Positions 32,503 through 38,319 of a stretch of 38,319 bases of DNA are shown here, piece by piece. Both the position numbers and the translations under genes were made by a program. The first letter of the stretch is position 1, and each line of letters opens with the position of its first letter. The notes beneath the pieces are model-generated. The model saw only the letters and a list, made by a program, of their open reading frames with translations, ran no database searches and was not told where the DNA came from. Source of the stretch: Thermoanaerobaculia bacterium (GTDB lineage: Bacteria; Acidobacteriota; Thermoanaerobaculia; Multivoradales; UBA5704); NCBI GenBank assembly GCA_035472915.1, contig DATIOS010000205.1, positions 1-38,319 on the forward strand, in the 5' to 3' direction.

Positions 32503-35500
32503 ATGTCCAAAGGGTCCTATATCCCCCTGCGCATTCCCGCGGCTCTGTTGCACGTCAGCGACGAGCGGTGCACCGATATGGCGAGGTCGCTCCTGGGCGA
32601 TCCGCCGGGTCTGCACCAGCTCGGTCCCCATCTGCTCGCCGTGCTCCCCATCCCCGGCGACCCCGGAGACGTGGAGGAGGCGGTGCGCATCGCCGAACGC
32701 CTCCGCCGAAAGGGACCCGCCGGGCTCACCATCATCGTGGTGCCGGGCCAGGTGCGCCTTGGACCCGAGGGAATCACCGCCGAGCCCGAGCCGCTGCTCG
32801 ACGATCTCGAAAGACGCCGGCCGGCGAGCCTCGCGGGCGGCCAGGTCCATCTCACCGGCCGCGCGGCCAGCCGGCTGGAGTGGCGCTGGAGCGTCGAGCG
32901 TTCCGGCACCTGCGAGTTGGCGGCGGGAAGCCTCATCCCCCTTTTCCAACTCTCCGGCCCCAGCCCGGACGGCGTGCCCTGGCACACCGCCCGCCTGCTG
33001 GGCCGCACTCTCGACTACGTCAAGCGGCCGGCGGTGGAAAAGGAGCTGGCGGCGCACGCCGACGCCCCCGTGCTGCGGGTCTCGGGCCCTGTGGGCTGCG
33101 GCAAGTCGCGAACCCTGTGGCAGGTCCTCGGGCCCGGAGCGGAGCCGAACGTCCCATACCTGTCGATCGCCATCAAATCGCCCCGCACGGGATTCGACCT
33201 CGCGGCCGAGCTGCTGCGCGAGCTCTTGCACCTCACCGGCAGCCGCTTCGGCGGCTACGATCCCTGGCAGACCCTCGCCCGGCTGGAGCTCGAGGGCTTC
33301 AGCGATTGGCTGTTGGGCGACCGCGAGCGGCCCGAGGGAGTGGATCTCCCCTGCCTGCTGGCCCGCGCCCTGGAGCGGTGGAAGAACGCCACCGGCTCCC
33401 GCGCTCCCTTGCGTCTGGTCTTCGACGACCTGCAAACGGCCTCCCCCGCCGACCTCCAGCTCCTCGAGGCGCTGACCCTCGATCCGCGCGCCCGGCGCAA
33501 CGCCCGCATCGCCCTCGTGGGGCGCAAGCGGACCAGGGGACCGGCGGCGTGGTCTGCCGCGCCCGAGGTCACGGTGCCGCTGCTGACGGCCGCCGAGTCC
33601 ACGGCGCTGGCCGCCGGCCTCTTCCATGGCCTGCTCATGCCCGCCGAGGTGCAGCAGCGGCTGGTCGAGACCGCGGGCCGCTGCCCGTTTGCCCTGGAGG
33701 AGGGATTGGCGCGCATGATCCAGCAGCGGCGGCTGCGCCGGCACTACGGCAACTTCTTCTACAGCGGCAGCCGCGACGCCGACTTCGAGCCCTCCTTCCG
33801 GCTGATCCAGCATCTCGAAGCCGAAGTGAGCGCCCTCGGCGACTCGATGCCGGCTCGCCTGCTGGCCTTGGCCGAGACGCCCGTCCCGGCTCTGGAGCTG
33901 GCCTCCGCCTGCTTGTTCCTGGGCGCCCAGCTTTCACCGCACTGGGAAGCTCCGTTCCTGGCGGCGGAAATCTTCCACCGCGCGCCCACCGCCTGGGGGC
34001 TGGGAGTCGATCTCGCCTGCCCCGTCTTCTCCCGCGCCCTGACCCAGACGGTGATGCCCGAGGTGGTGCCCAGCCTGCGGCAGGTCCTGGGCGAGCGCCT
34101 GGTGGCGGCGAGCGAGAAACCGCGGGCGCTCTGGCAGGCTTACAGCCTGCTTTCGGGCAGTGCCCAGGCCGTGTCGCCCATCCTCGAGCTGGCCCAGGAG
34201 AGCGCGAGCAACGCGCCTCCCGCCAAGATCCTCGAAGGGCTGAAGCGCGAGCTCGAAGGGCACCGCCAGCGGGGCGGCGACCAGGCCACGGAAATCCAAC
34301 TCCTCTGGATCCTCCTTCCCCTGGCCCGGCGTCTGAATCGCCTGGAAGGACTGGAACCGGAGATCGAGCGCGCCCTGGAGATCACCGCCGGGGAGCCCCG
34401 CAAGTACCTCGCCTTCGCCAGCTTGAAGGCCGAGCTCGACCTGCAGAAGAGCCGGCTCACCGAAAGCGAGGAGACGCTGCGCAAGGCCCTCAAGATGGTG
34501 CTGAAAACCGATCCCACGCGGCAGGCTGTCCTCCTGCTTCAGCTCGGACAGATCCTCGCCCGCCAGGAGCGCCGGAAAGAGGCCCGCGCCCTTTTCGAAC
34601 AGCTCCTCGAAGCCTTTCAAAAACTGGGCTCCACTCAGCTCGCGGCCACCTGCCTCTTCCACCTCGGCAACGTGGCCCTGCACGAGCGGCGCCTGAACGA
34701 TGCCCTGGCGCTCCACCAGCGAGCCCTCGAAGCCCGGCGGCGGGAGGAGAACCTGAAGGCCCTGGGCGCCTCTCTCTCGGCCCTCGGCTCCGTCTTCCTG
34801 GCCATGGACCGCTTCTCCGAAGCCCTCGATTTCTATCGCCAGGCCGCGGAGGTGCTGGAGCACCACGGCGAGGAAGGCGAGGAGAGCTTCGCGCTGATGG
34901 GGATCGGGCGCACGCTCAGCCTGCTGGGCGACGTGACGGGCGCCGCGCGGGCACTGCGCCGCGCGCTCGTCCTGCGCGAGCCCCGAGGCGACGTCGCCGG
35001 CGAAGCCATCGCCCGTCTGGCCGTGGCCGCCAGCTACCTCGATCTCAACAACGTCGACGCCGCCCAGGACGAGGCGCGGCACGCCCACTTCGACTTGAGC
35101 CTGCTGCCCGAGCTGTCGCTGCTGGGCGACGCCGAACAGCTCCTGGGGCGCGTCGCTCTCCGCCAGAAGCAATACGACACGGCACGGCACCACTTCGCCG
35201 TCGCGCTGGAAATCCATCGCCGCCACGGCGACGCCAACGCCGCTCTGATCGACCACGGCTGGCAACTCGAGCTGGCGCTCGTCCAGCGCGACAGCTCGCT
35301 GACCGTCCACCTCTGCCAGCAACTCGACGCCGAGCTCCAGCATTACACTCCCGCCCAACACGGCGTCTCCCTGGACTTCCGCCTCTACCGCGGCTTGGAA
35401 GGCCTGCGCGGCACCCGGCGCCTCAACGCCGCTGATCCTCTCTACTATCTGAACCGGGCCTACGACGAGCTGATGAAGAAGGCCGCTCCGCTGGAGAGCC

Positions 35501-35589
35501 AGCTGCGCCACCGCTACCTCTTCTCCATCCCCGAGAACGCCGCCATTCTCGACGCCGCAGCGGCGAACCGCCTCGTGCCGGCCGGATAG
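32503..35589 (+). CDS. STAND-like P-loop NTPase (AAA_16-type) with degenerate cyclase-homology N-terminus and C-terminal TPR array
   Basis: Walker A is in VLRVSGPVGCGKSRTLW, with a Walker B-like LRLVFDDLQ. The C-terminal half has many A/L-rich 34-40-aa repeats (e.g. LATCLFHLGNVALHERRLNDALALHQRALEARRREEN). The N-terminal 180 aa resemble a class III cyclase fold but lack obvious metal-binding Asp pairs. Start is ATG 32503. Confidence 0.8.
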   Translation: MSKGSYIPLRIPAALLHVSDERCTDMARSLLGDPPGLHQLGPHLLAVLPIPGDPGDVEEAVRIAERLRRKGPAGLTIIVVPGQVRLGPEGITAEPEPLLDDLERRRPASLAGGQVHLTGRAASRLEWRWSVERSGTCELAAGSLIPLFQLSGPSPDGVPWHTARLLGRTLDYVKRPAVEKELAAHADAPVLRVSGPVGCGKSRTLWQVLGPGAEPNVPYLSIAIKSPRTGFDLAAELLRELLHLTGSRFGGYDPWQTLARLELEGFSDWLLGDRERPEGVDLPCLLARALERWKNATGSRAPLRLVFDDLQTASPADLQLLEALTLDPRARRNARIALVGRKRTRGPAAWSAAPEVTVPLLTAAESTALAAGLFHGLLMPAEVQQRLVETAGRCPFALEEGLARMIQQRRLRRHYGNFFYSGSRDADFEPSFRLIQHLEAEVSALGDSMPARLLALAETPVPALELASACLFLGAQLSPHWEAPFLAAEIFHRAPTAWGLGVDLACPVFSRALTQTVMPEVVPSLRQVLGERLVAASEKPRALWQAYSLLSGSAQAVSPILELAQESASNAPPAKILEGLKRELEGHRQRGGDQATEIQLLWILLPLARRLNRLEGLEPEIERALEITAGEPRKYLAFASLKAELDLQKSRLTESEETLRKALKMVLKTDPTRQAVLLLQLGQILARQERRKEARALFEQLLEAFQKLGSTQLAATCLFHLGNVALHERRLNDALALHQRALEARRREENLKALGASLSALGSVFLAMDRFSEALDFYRQAAEVLEHHGEEGEESFALMGIGRTLSLLGDVTGAARALRRALVLREPRGDVAGEAIARLAVAASYLDLNNVDAAQDEARHAHFDLSLLPELSLLGDAEQLLGRVALRQKQYDTARHHFAVALEIHRRHGDANAALIDHGWQLELALVQRDSSLTVHLCQQLDAELQHYTPAQHGVSLDFRLYRGLEGLRGTRRLNAADPLYYLNRAYDELMKKAAPLESQLRHRYLFSIPENAAILDAAAANRLVPAG

Positions 35590-35590
35590 A

Positions 35591-35884
35591 CCGAGGTCCG
35601 GGTCTTCTGCACCGAGGTCTGAAAGGTTCAGACCTCGGTCTCAGCCACTCGCACCGAGGTCGGAGCGATTCGGACCGTGGTCTGAGTCGTCCGCACCGAG
35701 GTCGGAGACATCCAGACCCAGGTCTGAACCCTCCGGGCCCAGGTCGGAGACATCCGTACCAAGGTCCGGGTCATCCGCACCGAGGTCTGAGCCTTCCGTA
35801 CCGAGCTCCAGATCATTCAGACCAAGGTCTGAGACGTTCGCACCGAGGTCTGGATCGCCCAGACTGTGGCCAGACGTTTCTGCG
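35591..35884. repeat. Tandem repeat, 21 bp x 14 units, no indels
   Basis: Units start at 35591, 35612, 35633 ... 35864 with exact 21-nt spacing. The plus-strand consensus is about CCGAGGTCNGAGNCNTCCGCA. Unit 3 is partly inverted relative to unit 2. Confidence 0.9.
35611..35639. other. Perfect 13-bp inverted repeat built from repeat units 2 and 3
   Basis: ACCGAGGTCTGAA agg TTCAGACCTCGGT lies 22 nt after the STAND gene stop and just beyond the stop of the minus-strand repeat ORF. There is no U-run on either side, so it is not a canonical intrinsic terminator. Confidence 0.6.
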
Positions 35885-35937
35885 TTGACCGGGACGACTT
35901 GGAAATTTCGATTAGCAGTTTCGTCGATGTCAGGCAA
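35641..35937 (-). CDS. Putative acidic heptapeptide-repeat protein (98 aa; repeat x-S/P-D-L-G-x-x)
   Basis: The frame gives GDPDLG ANVSDLG LNDLELG TEGSDLG ADDPDLG TDVSDLG PEGSDLG LDVSDLG ADDSDHG PNRSDLG. Between units, the Leu codon varies CTC/CTT/CTG and the Ser codon TCA/TCC (synonymous), while the x positions vary non-synonymously. The start is only a TTG with a weak AAGG, so this remains uncertain. Confidence 0.4.
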   Translation of the reverse strand: MPDIDETANRNFQVVPVNAETSGHSLGDPDLGANVSDLGLNDLELGTEGSDLGADDPDLGTDVSDLGPEGSDLGLDVSDLGADDSDHGPNRSDLGASG

Positions 35938-35945
35938 GAAATGCC

Positions 35946-35974
35946 TTGACAGGTCCGACTTTCTGGATTACGGT
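35946..35974 (+). promoter_or_regulatory. Possible sigma-70-like promoter for the 36082 gene
   Basis: TTGACA (35946-35951), a 17-nt spacer, then TACGGT (35969-35974). An 8-bp hairpin GATCCGGC/GCCGGATC (36017-36041) lies in the presumed 5' UTR. This is pattern match only. Confidence 0.25.
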
Positions 35975-36081
35975 TACGACGCTTCAGGCAGCATAGCACG
36001 ACAGAATCAGAGACGAGATCCGGCGCATTGGGTGCCGGATCGAAACCGAAAAACCGTTTAGCGACAGAAAGGAGGAACAGA

Positions 36082-36459
36082 ATGCCCATCATCAACGCAC
36101 AAGGCAAGCTCTTTCGTAGCTGGGAGAGCCAGCTCAACGCCTGCGTGGCGCAGGCGGCTCGGCTGCCGAACATCGAGCCGCTCAAGAACGTGCTGCAGGA
36201 CATCCTCGACCAGGCCCGCGAGGTGAAGAGCCAGCAGGAGAACAACCAGGCCCAGCGCCAAAGCCAGACCCAGCAGCTCGCGACCCTCATCAAGAACGGC
36301 CACGAAGCATCCCGGCGCCTGCGCGGCTACGCCAAGTCCCAACTCGGAACGAACAACGAGCTGCTGGTGCAGTTCGGAGCCGCTCCCATCCGCCACCAGG
36401 TCCGGTCCGCGAAAAAGAGCGAGCCAGGCACCCCGACGCCGCCCGAAGCCGATCCGTAG
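36082..36459 (+). CDS. Hypothetical Q-rich, probably coiled-coil protein (125 aa)
   Basis: ATG 36082 is preceded by a strong AAAGGAGGAACAG RBS. MPIINAQGKLFRSWESQL...VKSQQENNQAQRQSQTQQLATLIKNGHEASRRLRGYAKSQLG has no recognised family. It is followed by a terminator. Confidence 0.7.
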   Translation: MPIINAQGKLFRSWESQLNACVAQAARLPNIEPLKNVLQDILDQAREVKSQQENNQAQRQSQTQQLATLIKNGHEASRRLRGYAKSQLGTNNELLVQFGAAPIRHQVRSAKKSEPGTPTPPEADP

Positions 36460-36499
36460 ACTTGAAAGTTGGCTGAAGTAGCCTGAAGCAAAGGTTCAC

Positions 36500-36550
36500 C
36501 CGCCCCTTTCCTGCAGCCGTCGCAGCGACGGTAGGAGAGGGGCGGTTTGG
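36500..36550 (+). terminator. Rho-independent terminator between convergent genes
   Basis: CCGCCCCTTTCC (36500-36511) pairs with GGAGAGGGGCGG (36534-36545). There is an inner stem CCGTCGC/GCGACGG, followed by TTTGG. Confidence 0.6.
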
Positions 36551-36575
36551 TAGGTGGTTTTCACGACCACGAGCC

Positions 36576-36827
36576 CTACGAGGGCTCGTTCCCTTCAGAG
36601 GGCACGCCAGCCAGTTGGCGGACGCTGGCCAGATCCCTCCTCCGGCTCAAGGAGAGCTTTCTTGCGGAATTACCGTCGTCGATGATGGCCTCAGCCAGCC
36701 CCCTGGCCCAGGACGACGTGAGATTCTGGAGAATCCTTACGCGGTTCACCGCGCTCTTGTCTTTCACCCGAGCCAGTGAAACCAATGTCGAGAGGTCCAC
36801 GGCCGATGCTTTTACCTTTGGAGACAT
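36576..36827 (-). CDS. Hypothetical small protein (83 aa), downstream partner of the nitrilase-like gene
   Basis: ATG 36827 is preceded by AAGGAGGACCT (strong RBS), 63 nt after the stop of the upstream minus-strand gene. MSPKVKASAVDLSTLVSLARVKDKSAVNRVRILQNLTSSWARGLAEAIIDDG has no recognised family and no obvious TM helix. Confidence 0.65.
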   Translation of the reverse strand: MSPKVKASAVDLSTLVSLARVKDKSAVNRVRILQNLTSSWARGLAEAIIDDGNSARKLSLSRRRDLASVRQLAGVPSEGNEPS

Positions 36828-36890
36828 AGGTCCTCCTTATCATCCCCACGGTAACGCAAGAGGCCGGTCAACGCAAGCTTCGTAAAGTCG

Positions 36891-38319
36891 TCACACCCCG
36901 AAGGTGTGCAAGCCGGCAAAGACCGGGAAATGGGATGCGCCTCCGTCCCCGCGACCGTCGGCAGAGTACTCTTCGATCGTCTCGCACACCAGGCTCAGGA
37001 CGCAGGCGTTGTGGTCCTTGGGCAGCTCGATCTCCCGCTCACCGTAGCGAACATCGCGCCAGAGAGCGATGGTGCGAGACCGATCCGGCTCGGAGGAACT
37101 GGCGGGACGGCTCCGCCCGGCCATCCCGAGGCTCGTAATCGTCAGCACCGAGCTTCCAGGATCATCCGCCAGCACCGAGGCGTAGCGGGAAGGCCAGCGA
37201 CTTCGGAGTTGGGGGCCGTCCATCAGGAGGGCGATGATGAGGTTGGGACCTACAGCGCGCAGGATCTCTGACACGGGGTCCTGCCGGGCCAAGTCCTCAC
37301 AGATCAGGACGCTCAGGGTCAGCCAGGAGCCCAAGTTGACGAAATTCAAACGGCGCTGCTCAACATCGGTCAGCTCCCAGCAGGTCTTCGACGCGGGCAG
37401 GACGCCTCCGAGGCCGTATTGGATAACCTGGCTACGATCCAGAAACCACCGGTGGTGCTTGGACTGATGGGAGCGCAGGGTCGCGACCCAATCCTTTTTC
37501 TCCTTGGGGATAAGAGTAAGGCCAAATGGCTGGATGAAGCAGGCGTTGGTAGGAGTGCTGAACCCAAGTTGGTCTCCTTCCTGTCCATTGACTCCGGCAA
37601 TGAGCATGATGTCGTTCTGGATGGCGATCCTTTCCGCAATCAGGTACTCCTGGGCTGTGAGGGCCAGTTCGGGGAAGACGACTGCATCGACACGCTTTAC
37701 TTGTTCTTGAGCCCGCTGGATGGCGTTGCTCAGGAATTCCTCCAGCCGCTTGGTGTCCGTGCCAGCCCCCTGACGAGCAAAACGGAAAACACGGAAAGGC
37801 TCGGGGATAGGCAGGGGGGCCGGCAAGCAGATCTCGAAGTCTTTCGAGGACAGCTGTAGCGGCCATGGCAGGAGAAGGAGATTGAAGACGTCCAGCCTGC
37901 GCTTCGGCGACACGGCGAAGGGAGAAATCCACAAGACTTCCATCTCGCTCGCTGGGCAGAGGGCGAGGTTGTGGCTGAGGGACCGTATGGTGATGCCCCG
38001 TTGTGAGGTGTGTTGCTTTGGGAGCACACGTACCCTCTCGGGGTCAATCCGCAGGCAAACGCTCGCCAGCTTGTTGTTCGACAAAACCTCTGTAGCGGCG
38101 TGATCAAGAAAACGATCCTGGTCGGTCGTCAGGATTCCGATCCCGATGGACGCTTCGTCGGCTACCAAGCAGAGAAGCAGCAGGGCACGGCAAAGGTCGT
38201 CCTTCTGGATTACCTGCGCAAGGGAAAGGCCCGAATTGCGGCAAACCGTCGTCCAAGCCCTTTCGATCTCCCGCGGTACGCGTACGACGAAGGGCGTCGC
38301 GGGGGATTGCTGCCTGCTC
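36891..38319 (-). CDS. Nitrilase-superfamily (C-N hydrolase-like) domain protein, N-terminus outside window
   Basis: My hand translation shows the minus-strand frame stays open from 38168 to the window edge (..VPREIERAWTTVCRNSGLSLAQVIQKDDLCRALLLLCLVADEAS..) with no ATG/GTG/TTG, so the track start (TTG 38168) is probably not the real start. The catalytic-triad contexts are VDAVVFPELALT (Glu), SHQSKHHRWFLD (Lys) and LSVLICEDLA (Cys), in nitrilase order. Confidence 0.75.
   Translation of the reverse strand, partial: SRQQSPATPFVVRVPREIERAWTTVCRNSGLSLAQVIQKDDLCRALLLLCLVADEASIGIGILTTDQDRFLDHAATEVLSNNKLASVCLRIDPERVRVLPKQHTSQRGITIRSLSHNLALCPASEMEVLWISPFAVSPKRRLDVFNLLLLPWPLQLSSKDFEICLPAPLPIPEPFRVFRFARQGAGTDTKRLEEFLSNAIQRAQEQVKRVDAVVFPELALTAQEYLIAERIAIQNDIMLIAGVNGQEGDQLGFSTPTNACFIQPFGLTLIPKEKKDWVATLRSHQSKHHRWFLDRSQVIQYGLGGVLPASKTCWELTDVEQRRLNFVNLGSWLTLSVLICEDLARQDPVSEILRAVGPNLIIALLMDGPQLRSRWPSRYASVLADDPGSSVLTITSLGMAGRSRPASSSEPDRSRTIALWRDVRYGEREIELPKDHNACVLSLVCETIEEYSADGRGDGGASHFPVFAGLHTFGV

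Noticed and set aside
32568-35435. 955-aa plus-strand ORF, with the 33934-35511 and 32422-33813 minus-strand ORFs, overlapping the STAND-like gene
   Set aside because: The off-frame translation is dominated by R/P/G/A, with no start context. The 32503-35589 frame carries the P-loop and TPR repeats.
35628-35816. Alternative minus-strand frame through the repeats (basic T-S-V-R-type heptads, ATG start)
   Set aside because: Inter-unit substitutions that are synonymous in the S-D-L-G frame become Ser/Leu/Trp changes here. The ORF covers fewer units and the product is an implausible basic repeat. I keep it only as a possibility, because it has the sole ATG.
35591-35884. CRISPR array interpretation of the 21-bp repeats
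   Set aside because: The units are contiguous with no spacers. The period is an exact multiple of 3, the units are degenerate in a codon-like pattern, and there are no cas genes in the window.
36547-36885. 112-aa plus-strand ORF between the two terminator/hairpin elements
   Set aside because: It is antisense to the 83-aa minus-strand gene, which has a strong AAGGAGG RBS and operon context. The plus ORF starts inside the terminator region and has no RBS.
1-38319. Search for hsdR, integrase, transposase, cas genes, rRNA or tRNA
   Set aside because: No ORF in the six-frame track shows helicase/nuclease HsdR motifs, tyrosine or serine recombinase motifs, DDE transposase motifs or Cas signatures. 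I recognised no rRNA-like or complete tRNA-like sequence by eye. Absence by inspection is not proof.

Overview
High-GC bacterial chromosomal segment, about two-thirds G+C on spot-counted lines. The gene content (a CadC-like winged-helix/TPR regulator, two Uma2 endonucleases, a Calx-beta/FN3 secreted protein, several secreted peptidases) suggests an Acidobacteriota-like Gram-negative bacterium; this is inference only. I support about 33 CDS; many of the long ORFs in the track are GC-driven shadow frames. Housekeeping or ordinary content: M28 and S9 peptidases, FadL-type porin, aconitase-family hydro-lyase, DUF3237 protein, GMC oxidoreductase, MJ0936-type phosphoesterase, patatin-like lipase, NUDIX-like/MBL fusion, and an ECF sigma factor with a fused ZAS anti-sigma domain. 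Accessory, defence-like content: (1) a lower-GC cassette at about 3.7-5.6 kb carrying an ABC-type AAA ATPase translationally abutted to a DUF4276 protein (OLD/PARIS/AbiL-like split architecture), flanked by gene fragments including a truncated TacA-like antitoxin. (2) A translationally coupled hsdM-hsdS pair with no hsdR in the window and a roughly 150-aa C-terminal extension on HsdS. (3) Divergent from hsdM, a 1029-aa P-loop/TPR STAND-like protein with a degenerate cyclase-like N-terminus. (4) Directly downstream, 14 indel-free copies of a 21-bp tandem repeat whose substitution pattern supports an acidic heptapeptide-repeat (x-S-D-L-G-x-x) protein on the minus strand. (5) A somewhat lower-GC module at the right edge: a Q-rich 125-aa protein, an 83-aa protein, and a large nitrilase-superfamily protein with an intact E-K-C triad whose N-terminus lies outside the window. 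There are also two non-coding stretches with orphan intrinsic terminators; one of them carries a same-strand TTGCNGC motif array. I recognised no rRNA, tRNA, CRISPR array, transposase or integrase. All family calls come from motif recognition by eye, and no searches were run.
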